From positions 4,157 through 68,156 of the forward strand of contig NZ_JABXKJ010000248.1 in the NCBI RefSeq assembly GCF_017115085.1: a DNA stretch of 64,000 bases, written 5' to 3'. The position numbers and the translations under genes are program-made. The notes under the pieces are model-generated. The model did not search any database and was not told the origin of the DNA. It was given only the letters and a program-made list of their open reading frames with translations. Position 1 is the first letter of the stretch, and each line of letters opens with the position of its first letter. Positions 1-9,356 of this stretch are shown in pieces. The DNA comes from Nostoc sp. NMS7 (GTDB lineage: Bacteria > Cyanobacteriota > Cyanobacteriia > Cyanobacteriales > Nostocaceae).

Positions 1-70
1 TAGCGGATTTGCTGAGAGCGATCGCAACAAGGGTGGAAAAAGAGTAGAGAAAACAAGTTGGGTTCGCTAT

Positions 71-1177
71 TTACGGCGCTTCGCCATCAAACCGTGCGAT
101 CGCTCTTTCCACTGCTTTAGAATTGGTTTTCTCATCAATGTGGCGCTGGTAAGTTTTCAAGTGTTCCGTCACCGAATGCCCCATGAGTTTAGCTGAGGTA
201 GTCACAGGCAATTCAAATACAACGCTAACTCGAATTGCATAACAGTGACGTAAATCGTAGGGAGCTAGGTTGGCTCCTTCGATTTTTTTGAAGTAATAGT
301 ATAGCCCTTGGTAAACTCGCTTCCCCAATTCCCAATATTCCACTTTTTGGGTGCGAAACTCTTGCTGCTCCCAGAGCTTCCAGCGATCTGCCCACTCAGG
401 GTAAAAAGGGGCGATCGTTCTTGCTCCGGTTTTGCCCTCTGAAAGGTGGCACTTGAAAGGTGGTTTGGGTTCAACTGTGGCAAAAAATATTTCATGGGGA
501 CGGAGTCCGTAGGCTGCAAGCATCCCATAGCCCCATTGCCATCGAACACTTGTGATTTGCTCCCGAATTCGGGCGATCGCTTCGTCAGTTGGTAAGTCCT
601 TAATTATGTCCGTGGAATTGTATTTGCCTTTGTAGGGGCGCAAGTCAATATCAATCCCTGCAAAAACAGCGAGTTTACTATAACTGCTGGCGGTGTGGTA
701 TCTAGTCCAAGTGTTGGCAGGTAAGGATAATAGCGTTCTTAGCAGCAAATCTTTGGTTAGTTCGGCTTTCGCTGGAAGCCTATGAAATTGCAGCGAATAA
801 TGCCTTTTCCACGTACCAAGAGAGAATTGCTGCTGTTTGATTAAAAATTCTTCCTTAAACGCTTCTACCCAGTATTCACAAGTACTTCCTTGGGTTAGTT
901 TCCCGGAAATCCAGTTATTCCAGGGAAATACTTGTCCAGCTTTCCACTTTACAATGTCAGCCGCTAATTCTATCGCCTTATCCTCTGCTGCTTTTAGTCC
1001 AGCAGGGTTGGCGTACATCCCCAATGCTATATCTTGCTGATGTGATTTATTTTTATTGCTATTTGGGCGCGGTGGCAGTGTTGCTCTAAGACTCAGCGTA
1101 TCTCCTCTTTGCCTCAGAGATACGCCCCTCTTGCTTGCTTTGAGACGCTTATTTATTTCTTCTAACGAATACTTCAT
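71..1177 (-). CDS. tyrosine site-specific recombinase / integrase
   Basis: 368-aa ORF. The C-terminal half carries the tyrosine-recombinase signature in order (GLRPHE ... YDLRHCYAIR ... MGHS ... TYQRH). It lies beside a truncated gene. Confidence 0.75.
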   Translation of the reverse strand: MKYSLEEINKRLKASKRGVSLRQRGDTLSLRATLPPRPNSNKNKSHQQDIALGMYANPAGLKAAEDKAIELAADIVKWKAGQVFPWNNWISGKLTQGSTCEYWVEAFKEEFLIKQQQFSLGTWKRHYSLQFHRLPAKAELTKDLLLRTLLSLPANTWTRYHTASSYSKLAVFAGIDIDLRPYKGKYNSTDIIKDLPTDEAIARIREQITSVRWQWGYGMLAAYGLRPHEIFFATVEPKPPFKCHLSEGKTGARTIAPFYPEWADRWKLWEQQEFRTQKVEYWELGKRVYQGLYYYFKKIEGANLAPYDLRHCYAIRVSVVFELPVTTSAKLMGHSVTEHLKTYQRHIDEKTNSKAVERAIARFDGEAP

Positions 1178-1179
1178 CG

Positions 1180-1257
1180 CCCTAAATTTGCCCTAATTAT
1201 TTGGGATAATTTAGGACATTTTAGGATATTTAAGGACATTCAAGATATCCTAAATCA
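1180..1257. repeat. cluster of TTTAGG(A/G)-type short motifs in both orientations between the integrase start and the radC fragment (candidate att/arm sites)
   Basis: ccctaaatt, ccctaatta, tttaggaca, tttaggata, ttaaggaca and atcctaaat occur within about 80 bp. Confidence 0.4.
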
Positions 1258-1656
1258 CGAAATGAAAAACAGCCTAGCTTGCTTTACAAGCGATTGCAGA
1301 GGTTTTAGGCTATCAATTAATGTGCCGTCATTAGGACGAGATTGAAAGGCGCGTTTGCCCAATTCAATTGCTGCTAAGATACTTGTCGCCTTCGCTGGCC
1401 CAACACCAGAAATTTGCATCAATTCGGCGGGGGTAACTTCTCGCAGAACTACCAAAGGATCGCGTTGGTGTTTGCCTAATTCGCTCAAGATATATTGTCC
1501 CAAACCCACAGCAGAGAGTTTTCCCGGACCTTGACCGGTGCCTAAAAGAATTGCAATTAATTCTGCTGTGGCTAAAATTTTGGCACCATGCGTCATTAGT
1601 CGTTCACGCGGACGCTCATTTGTAGGTAAGTCGGCAATTCTGAGGCAATAAGTCAT
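1255..1656 (-). pseudogene. radC: radC (UPF0758) 5' fragment; JAB/MPN domain missing
   Basis: The N-terminus [20 protein letters not shown]...[25 protein letters not shown] is typical of the RadC HhH part. Similarity stops near ...GTLIDS (about nt 1309) and an unrelated 17-aa tail follows. Full RadC proteins are about 225-245 aa. Confidence 0.7.
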
Positions 1657-1827
1657 AGAAAACTAAGAAAATCGTCACTAAAGATGTAACTATCCTTAGT
1701 TATCCCTTGTTTGCTCTAAAAATCATCTTTATTTGAGAAAATCTTTAATTTTGGGAAATTTTCTCTATTTATGTATATTTTTTACCTATAAGTTTAATAA
1801 AAGAATTTTATATGAGAGCAACACACC

Positions 1828-2058
1828 ATGTCATCCGCAGCGATCGCTACTGTAGTGAAGATGATGGAGTCTTTATCTGTTGAGGTACAGGATAAAGTTG
1901 CAGAGCATCTTCGAGAATACATTAATGACTTACAAGATGAAACTCAGTGGAACGAATCTTTCCAGAGAACGCAACAAAAACTTGTAGCTGCTGCACAGCG
2001 TGCTAAACAAGAAATCGCTGAGGGACAAGCTAAGGCGTTGGATTATGACCAACTATGA
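1828..2058 (+). CDS. small hypothetical protein (antitoxin-like, helical)
   Basis: 76-aa ORF of unbiased composition with an AT-rich upstream region. No recognisable partner toxin ORF lies downstream. Confidence 0.35.
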   Translation: MSSAAIATVVKMMESLSVEVQDKVAEHLREYINDLQDETQWNESFQRTQQKLVAAAQRAKQEIAEGQAKALDYDQL

Positions 2059-2095
2059 AATCGGCAGTGCTACCCTGATTTTGGTCTGAATATAG

Positions 2096-3052
2096 TTATT
2101 GGTACATTTGCGTTGCTTTGAGCATGTGGTAGGTAATTATTAACTGAGTCAGAGCCAGGGGATAACTTTGGATTGTTTCCCCAGTTGTACCAGCAATTTT
2201 ACCCAGTTCTGGATTACTTTCGCGATCGCAAATATTTCGTAAATGAGGCATATCGGAACAAATAATATGCTCTAGCTGATTCACCTGTTCTAAGGTGGCA
2301 TGACCATCAACTTCTAAGACATCTACGGGCTTACTCATATCTCTGTCTAGCCCCAAGCGGATCGCTGAGTCGGAATTACCATAGCCAGAGTTAATAATCT
2401 GAGTAAAATCTGGATGGGGAATTGTCGGACGTAGTACCAAACGCACATTTAAATGTCCATTAGTTTCATCATCTTCCCCGGTGGGTGGATAAAAACTAAT
2501 GACGATATCAGACCATTGCCGTTGCGGACGAATAAATTGTGCTGAGTCTGGTTCGCGCTTTTCTAGTTCCGCTAGTACCTGTTCAGCAGAGTAGCCCCGC
2601 TTTTGGGTATCCCGATTGACTTTCCACTTAGCGCGTAGTGTTTCCGGGGGTGCAAGGTAAACTTTCACGTCGTAAGAGTCACGCGCCGCACGAGTAGAAT
2701 AACCGAGTAATCCCTCAATAATCACGAATTTATTCGGCTTGATATACTGCGGCGCCTCGAATGTGCCGGTTTTATGGCTGTAAACTGGTTTGAGAATCGG
2801 CTGTCCTGTGCGTAGCAACGACAGGTGTTGCTGCATAATATCTAGGTGGTTGCAGTCCGGGTGGAGAGCAGTGATGTTAATATCTGCACGTTGTTGGCGA
2901 TCGTAACGGTGATAATCATCTGTACAAATGATTGTGACATTTTCTGGGCCGAGTACCTGAGCGATTCCTCGCGTTAGTGTTGTTTTCCCAGCAGCGCTGT
3001 CGCCGACAATACCAAGAATTATTGGACGACTCATCATACCTCCCAGAATCAA
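2096..3052 (-). CDS. phosphoribulokinase/uridine kinase family protein (PRK-like paralog)
   Basis: P-loop GIVGDSAAGKTT, followed by ICTDDYHRYDR and KPVYSHKTG blocks typical of the PRK family. The start is probably at the internal MSRP. Confidence 0.8.
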   Translation of the reverse strand: MILGGMMSRPIILGIVGDSAAGKTTLTRGIAQVLGPENVTIICTDDYHRYDRQQRADINITALHPDCNHLDIMQQHLSLLRTGQPILKPVYSHKTGTFEAPQYIKPNKFVIIEGLLGYSTRAARDSYDVKVYLAPPETLRAKWKVNRDTQKRGYSAEQVLAELEKREPDSAQFIRPQRQWSDIVISFYPPTGEDDETNGHLNVRLVLRPTIPHPDFTQIINSGYGNSDSAIRLGLDRDMSKPVDVLEVDGHATLEQVNQLEHIICSDMPHLRNICDRESNPELGKIAGTTGETIQSYPLALTQLIITYHMLKATQMYQ

Positions 3053-3300
3053 AGCAAGTTTATTAATAAAATTCCCGACGATAGTTTTAATTCTAGAAGG
3101 GTTTAGGCGAGTAACTCAAACAAAGGCTTGCTATGCAATATCTCTACATATAGAATGTCTGTGCGCTGGTTTATGGATGTAGCTGCTGAGTTTTAGAATC
3201 AGCGTCCGAATTTTGTGGTATTTCACTCTGGCGATCGCTTTAAGTCAGGTTGAAGTAACAAACCTGACCTAAGATTATCTTTCACTGAGCGGCATCAAGA

Positions 3301-5322
3301 TTAAACTAGAGCGTAGACTTTAGCTTCCCAGGGGAAAATACCTTCTCTGCCTACCCATTCAGATGCAACTATCCGCTCTTGAGTAATTTCCTGCCACTGC
3401 TTACCAACTGGGGTTGCAGGCCAATTCGGGACTCTGTACTCAGAACCAACAGAAGTGCCATAGTCAGAGAAATTCGCCACAACAACTACTAATTCATCGG
3501 CTTTATTACCACGCTGCCAGACTATAACTCGTTTACCATCATTAAAGTCAACATGAATAAATTGAGTATCATTTACAGCTAAAGCATTGGAAGTTTTACG
3601 CAAGCGAACCAACCTAACAACGTATTGGAAAATGCGTTGCCGCCAATCATCTTTTACACGGCTGTAGTTAACTGGGTCAATCTGCTTATGCTCATCTGTT
3701 GGAACTAAATCCTGCTGGTCGGCAAATTCGTCTCCGGCAAGGATCATGGGAATTCCTACAGAGGTAAGCAGGCAGACAAATGCCAACTTAATGCGCGGTT
3801 CAGTATGATCAATTCCATTACTAACAAGGTAGCTGAAAAAACGCTCGTTACCATAACCGCCAACATCATGAGAAGTGATATAGTTTACCGCCTGAGAACC
3901 ATCTGTAAAGCCTAAGTTTCGGCAATCAATTAGTTTGCGGATACTCCATTCAAAGCTGGGTTCATCCCAGGCATTCTTACCTAAAATCACCTGTCGGATG
4001 ATTTGCTTAAACTTTTCATTCCAAAGTCCATCCAGACGATTTTGTTGGATGAGAGATAGGGGTACACTCAATTCTTCGCCAACTACGAGAAAGCGGTTGC
4101 CGCTTCCACCTCTTTTATCCCAAAGGCTGCGGGCAAAATCCTTGAATTCCTGCAAAAAGTCATAGTTGGCAATATTATTGACGCTATCTAACCGTAGACC
4201 ATCAACTCGATAGTATTCCAACCAGTGGGCAATATGGGCTTTTAAATATTCACGGGCTGGGACAAGCCAGGACTTTTGCCCAGTAATCGGGTTATAGCCC
4301 TCTACCCAATAGTTGTACTTAAATAAATCGCCACCAAAGCCATCTCTTGACCCTTGTTCTGGATCACCACTAGCCCATTTGATGTAAAATTCCAAAAAAT
4401 TAACGTTATGGTAAGGATTATGCAGCGAAAATGCCATCACCACATCCACAAAAAAGCGCAACCCTTGATGATGGCAGACTTTGATCAGATTAGCTAAATC
4501 AGTCGAAGCAGTAGGTGCTGATTGGCTATCTGGGCGTCCTAAGTCAAAATCTGCTGCAAAATAATTTGCTGTACCATAGCCCCACTTGAGATCATCATCA
4601 CTGTCTTCTGGTGGCAAAAGTTCTAGAGCGTTGATTCCCAGTTCCACAAGATGAGCGCGGTCATTCAAGGCGCTGACTATGAGAAAAGTCGGAGCGATCG
4701 CTTCTGGTATTAACAGTGCCAGTACGTCACGAAATGTGCCAGTTCCTTCTTCAATCAATCCATTTGAGTTAATCTTTGTCCAACGGGTTGGTAATTCGTA
4801 AATCACCAGTTGATTATTGGTTGGCAGCGTCTCTAAAGGAGCATCGTCTTCCCAATTTACAGTTTGTCCTTCGGGATCACAGGGAATCAGCGCCCCATTT
4901 TGATAAAGCACGACGCTTGCCGGATCCGAGCTAGTAACGCCTCCCGATTCTGACGGCGTTGGTGCAAGTAAGCGTCGATCCACAGTCGTTGCTGTTGGAT
5001 CTGTGCAGTAGAGAATTTGGTTAGCATTAGCAGAGTCGTAAGGATCTGCGTTGCGGACTTTAAACCAGTAAAAGTACACCTGTCCTTCTGTCAGACTAGA
5101 TTCTTGAGCTGAAACTTCCCACAATTCTGGAAATTCTGTTGATTGACGAAGCGGGATTTCTTTGAATTGAGCTAATCTGTCTGGGCTTTCGGGAGCAGTG
5201 TTGCCAATGTAGAGAGTAGGAGCTAATTCTGAAGCACCGGGACGCCACAAGACAAAATGAGTTTTTTTGCGGCTCAATAGATCGATAGGCATTAGAAAAA
5301 CCTCTGGGTGATTAAAGTTCAA
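3301..5322 (-). CDS. GH13 alpha-amylase family glycoside hydrolase
   Basis: GH13 catalytic blocks are present: DVVMAF, GLRLDSVNNI, VVGEELS and NYITSHDV. The N-terminal region is E-set/CBM48-like. Confidence 0.8.
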   Translation of the reverse strand: MNFNHPEVFLMPIDLLSRKKTHFVLWRPGASELAPTLYIGNTAPESPDRLAQFKEIPLRQSTEFPELWEVSAQESSLTEGQVYFYWFKVRNADPYDSANANQILYCTDPTATTVDRRLLAPTPSESGGVTSSDPASVVLYQNGALIPCDPEGQTVNWEDDAPLETLPTNNQLVIYELPTRWTKINSNGLIEEGTGTFRDVLALLIPEAIAPTFLIVSALNDRAHLVELGINALELLPPEDSDDDLKWGYGTANYFAADFDLGRPDSQSAPTASTDLANLIKVCHHQGLRFFVDVVMAFSLHNPYHNVNFLEFYIKWASGDPEQGSRDGFGGDLFKYNYWVEGYNPITGQKSWLVPAREYLKAHIAHWLEYYRVDGLRLDSVNNIANYDFLQEFKDFARSLWDKRGGSGNRFLVVGEELSVPLSLIQQNRLDGLWNEKFKQIIRQVILGKNAWDEPSFEWSIRKLIDCRNLGFTDGSQAVNYITSHDVGGYGNERFFSYLVSNGIDHTEPRIKLAFVCLLTSVGIPMILAGDEFADQQDLVPTDEHKQIDPVNYSRVKDDWRQRIFQYVVRLVRLRKTSNALAVNDTQFIHVDFNDGKRVIVWQRGNKADELVVVVANFSDYGTSVGSEYRVPNWPATPVGKQWQEITQERIVASEWVGREGIFPWEAKVYALV

Positions 5323-5352
5323 CTATGAAGTTCTTATACAGCAGCCGAGTGT

Positions 5353-5710
5353 TATTCCAGACAATAGGTTGAATTTCTTTAAACTGTCAATATTAGGCAG
5401 TGAATTAAGTATTTTGCTGGTAAATTTAGCGCTAGTAGGTTGGGTGGAGCGGAGCGCAACCCAACATATATCAGGATGTTGGGTTACGCAAAGCCTCCAA
5501 CGCCACTTGCTACAACGCGGGGAACCCGCGCAACGCAGTGGCTCCCCAACCTACAATTTTTTTGTCACATTTTAGCCTAGACGCTCCACTACAAGACTAG
5601 CGAGATTTTTTCAGAAATCAAATATGATTCCTATATTCCAGACGATAGGTTGAATTTCTTTAACCTGTCAATATTAGGCAGGGGATCAAGTATTTTGCTG
5701 GTAAATTTAG
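5353..5710. repeat. pair of ~77-bp direct repeats (5353-5429, 5634-5710) flanking a ~204-bp insert with palindromic ends (MITE-like)
   Basis: attccagacaataggttgaatttctttaaactgtcaatattaggcag...gtattttgctggtaaatttag is repeated almost verbatim. The insert carries gtaggttggg ... cccaacctac termini. Confidence 0.7.
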
Positions 5711-5803
5711 TAAGTGTTTAATAAATTAGTCAAAGAAATTAAAAAACTTTTTTAATAATCATGTTAAGCCGGAATTTTCGTGGATTAAAGAAAAACGCAC
5801 GTT

Positions 5804-6466
5804 ATGACAACTCAAACACTAGGACTCGAACAAAACCTCTATGACTATTTACTGTCGGTCTCTCTCCGAGAACCGGAAATTTTAACCCAACTGAGACAGG
5901 AAACAGCCCAGTTTCCAATCGGGAGAATGCAGATTGCTCCCGAACAGGGGCAATTTTTGGCGTTACTGGTACAGTTGTTGGGAGCTAAAAAAACTTTGGA
6001 AATTGGGGTATTTACAGGTTATAGTTCCCTGGTGGTGGCGTTGGCGTTACCGAGGGAGGGTAAGGTGGTAGCCTGTGATATTAGTGAGGAATTTACCACG
6101 AACGCTCGGCGCTATTGGCAGCAAGCAGGAGTGGCGGATAAAATTCAACTGCACATTGCCCCAGCTTTGCAGACTTTGGATCGACTACTGGCAACGGGAG
6201 AAGCGGAAACTTTTGATTTTGCCTTCATCGATGCAGATAAGAGCAACTATGATGGCTATTATGAGCGATCGCTGCAATTAGTGCGATCGGGGGGACTGAT
6301 TGCGATCGATAATGTTCTCTGGTCAGGGAAGGTTGCCGACCCCGAAGTGCAGGATAATAGAACTAAAAGGATTCGTGCCTTTAATCAGAAGTTGCATCAA
6401 GACCAGCGAGTTAGTCTGAGTTTAATTGCGATCGCAGATGGCTTGACTCTGGCACTGAAGAAGTAA
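5804..6466 (+). CDS. class I SAM-dependent O-methyltransferase (caffeoyl-CoA OMT-like, family 3)
   Basis: LEIGVFTGYSSL SAM motif, FDFAFIDADKSNY, and GGLIAIDNVLWSGKV. Confidence 0.85.
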   Translation: MTTQTLGLEQNLYDYLLSVSLREPEILTQLRQETAQFPIGRMQIAPEQGQFLALLVQLLGAKKTLEIGVFTGYSSLVVALALPREGKVVACDISEEFTTNARRYWQQAGVADKIQLHIAPALQTLDRLLATGEAETFDFAFIDADKSNYDGYYERSLQLVRSGGLIAIDNVLWSGKVADPEVQDNRTKRIRAFNQKLHQDQRVSLSLIAIADGLTLALKK

Positions 6467-6473
6467 TGTTAAG

Positions 6474-6690
6474 GTACTCCCAAATCGTGTTGAAGTACTC
6501 CCAAATCGTGTTGAGGTACTTGAAAGTCGTGTTGAAGTACTTGAAAATCGTGTTGAGGTACTTGAAAATCGTGTTAAGGTACTCCCAAATCGTGTTGAGG
6601 TACTTAAAAGTCGTGTTAAGGTACTCCCAAATCGTGTTGAGGTACTCCCAAATCGTGTTGAAGTACTTGAAAGTCGTGTTGGAGTACTTC
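6474..6690. repeat. tandem array of ~10 units of a 21-bp repeat (two unit variants)
   Basis: Units are tactcccaaatcgtgttga(a/g)g and tacttgaaa(g/a)tcgtgttga(a/g)g, head to tail. The array starts 8 nt after the OMT stop codon. Confidence 0.9.
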
Positions 6691-6902
6691 AAACTTTGTC
6701 GCACCGCGATCAAGTACACAGGTACGATCGCTTTATCGCTCAATTTTTGCCAGACCCAATTAAAAAGTTATAACTTCTCTTACATATATAATAGGGTTGA
6801 GGGATTATGAGCAAAACGGTAAATTAGAGAAAAGCGTTTTTAATAAAAACTCGCCCCGTGGCAAAAATTACTTTAGAAGTACCAGACGAACCAACAGACC
6901 AA

Positions 6903-8703
6903 TTAGCACAGATAGGCGATCTTCCTCTCTAGCGACTGCCGCCGATTGTCCACATCAATACTCGGGGGTGCCGACTCATTACCCTTCCCCTTCACATAAT
7001 CTTCCCACAAAATCCTCTCCATATCTAATTTTTTATTCTCCGTGTCAAAATCTTTCACTGACACCCCAACCGTTTTTAATCCCGACACGTCCCTGTTACC
7101 CTTCCTCCAAACTTCCCGTCTCCCTTTCTCTATACATTTGTTGTAGTATATTTTCAATAATTCCAATAACTTATTCTGGTCTTCCGTGTATCTTTCAATC
7201 GTCCGCTCTCTTTTCATCGCCTCCGCCTCTTCGTTATTCAGCGCTACTTTCTCTGCCCGTTTCCTTGCCTGTTCTTCCTCTTCCTTCGTTAGGCTCTTCG
7301 TCGAACTTGGATTATCAAAATTTATGCTTGGATAATACGATTCCGCTACGTATACTATCTTTTTATGTTTTGTCCAGTTTCCCGGTTTATTAAATATGTG
7401 ACCTATGCTATTTGATGCTGTGATATCTATTAGCGCTTCCTCCCCATTGCTCAACGAGATCAATACATCGGGTCTCGTCCCCTTCAGTCTTCCTGTTACT
7501 TGTAACCCATGACCTAGCATCGCTATCCCTTTGTTTGCTTTTCCCTCTATGACGTAGCCTGCTGCCGTCGATGGGTGCATTTTTTCCTTATTTTTTTTAT
7601 ACTCTGACATTCTGTAGATATATAAGTCTGTTTGGGCTTGGGACGCTCCCGTATAATCCCCTTTAATGAATTCCTCATACGCTTTCATTACTAATTCATC
7701 AACTTGTAACGCCAACCTGTCCGCCTCATTCTCGATTTCCGGCAAGCATTCGCCTGTTTTTTTGGGTTTGTGTTTTATGAGAGTCCTTTGGATTACTCCC
7801 TCTGGTATTCTCTGCGCTATGTCGGGTTTGGCTTTAACTGCGCTCCCTTTCTGCTGGATAACGTGAGTCAGCTCATGGGCCAGCAACTCTTGTCCTCCTT
7901 GACTTCCTGGGTCGTATTCCCCCTGCCGAAACAAGATAGCTTGCCCTGTGGTAAAAGCTTTTGCCTGGATGGATTGGTTGAGCTTGTCTGATTTGGCATC
8001 GGTGTGTATCTTAACGCCGCTGAAGTCAGCCCCAAAAGCTTGCTCCATTGGTAATTTGATACTATCAGCTAATGATTGTCCGCTCCCCCGTGCCTGTTTT
8101 ATCTCCGTTTCCAAGTCCGCTGTAGCTTTTAATCCACCCACAGCAGCTCGTAGCTGTAACATTGGCTTCATTTGAAGTTTTTCCTCTTCTTCTGCCACCT
8201 CCTCGCGTTGTCTCCGCTGACTTTGACCGGCCTGCTGTGGTGCTGGTGTATTGATCTGTTTAACTACCTGGGAAGCTACCCCGTCTGCTTCTTGTTCGTA
8301 CTTATCTCCTGGCTCTCCAATCGTCAGTTTCCTTTGCACCTGTGGCTGTGATGCTGCATACGCACGACTTATGGGGATTTTGGCAAAGTTGTAACTAAAG
8401 CGAGACGCATATTCCTGTCTCCTCTGCGACAAACCACTCATTTTTGCTTGCAATACAGTGAGCCGTTCCTGTCCCTCTGGCGTTTCCCTCTGGCGTTATT
8501 GTGGCATTTTTCGCCTGGAGTTCTAGTTTCGTCACCTCTAACTTCTGCTGTTGTAATTCTTGATCTTCTGTTTCCGTCTGCGTGAGATGCTTTGAGGATT
8601 GCGGTTGAGCTTGGACAATACAGGAGTGCGACTGGAACTGACTCTGCACTGGGTTTGAAGCGGACGAGTCAGCTTTATTGTGGATGTGCGATCGCTTGTT
8701 CAT
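6903..8703 (-). pseudogene. DUF4157 (zincin-like, HExxH) toxin-type protein, frameshifted by a 13-bp tandem duplication
   Basis: ORFs 8395-8703 and 6903-8453 are adjacent frames of one gene. FGADFSGVKIHTD...AHELTHVIQQ is the DUF4157 core. A perfect duplication tccctctggcgtt x2 lies at 8472-8497. Confidence 0.75.
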
Positions 8704-8858
8704 TGCCTACCTCAGAACTTAACTATCGGTAAAAAAATATTATCTCACACACCATTGCCTTAAACCATTAGACATTAGTCCATATCATTGTTGGCGCTCC
8801 TTCTTCGCGATCGCCGAAGGCGGGGCGAAGCGCATCGCACGCTGATCTACCTTCATGC

Positions 8859-9158
8859 ATGGGCAATGTTGATGTTTTATCGACTAATGAGTCTCAAATG
8901 TTCTCCCGTAGCGATGAAGAACAATTAAAATGGGCATTAGATAATCAGCGTGTTATTTATAGCTTTAATGTTCGAGATTTTTAGAGAATTCATACTAATT
9001 TAGTAGAACAAGGACAACGACACGCAGGTATCATTTTAGGGTTTCAAAATTATTCGATTGGTGAGCAAATGCGTCGAATTTTACGATTTTTTGCCAATAA
9101 ATCAGTAGAAGAAATGCAAAATCAAGTAGAGTTTTTGAGTGCTTGGGATGAACAATAG
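8859..9158 (+). pseudogene. DUF5615-like (PIN-like) gene remnant with in-frame TAG
   Basis: The translation reads ...SDEEQLKWALDNQRVIYSFNVRDF*RIHTNLVEQGQRHAGIILGF...FLSAW. There is a stop at 8982-8984, and the N-terminus is also degenerate. Confidence 0.45.
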
Positions 9159-9356
9159 TGCGATCGCGCCATTATTTGCTGGTTCAACCTCACCTAAAAG
9201 CGATCGCTCATGATTGATGAGCGTGTGTCACTGAATAGCCCGTCGTAGACATCGCCAACAGAAACGCAAGCCTGACCAAAGCTGCCAAAGATGTGAGTTA
9301 AAATACTAATATCTTCATAACTACTCACGCAGACAGTCCCCGAAAAAGCGATCGCT

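Noticed and set aside
6474-6690. The cttgaaag in B-type 21-bp units resembles the GTTGAAAG end of the V-K CRISPR repeat (hidden guide array?)
   Set aside because: Only 7 nt are shared and the upstream GGTGGG part of the repeat is missing. The downstream 'spacer' would be the invariant tcgtgttgaag. I consider this a coincidence.
6411-6810. 110-114-aa ORFs on both strands across the 21-bp tandem array (heptad-like VLRYSQI / NTIWEYL repeats)
   Set aside because: The frames are open only because the repeat unit lacks stops. There is no RBS or start context. A heptad-repeat protein is conceivable but unsupported.
6797-8175. Plus-strand ORFs 6797-7393, 7666-7866, 7770-7991 and 7948-8175
   Set aside because: They are antisense to the DUF4157 gene and have low-complexity Ser/Pro/Leu-rich translations.
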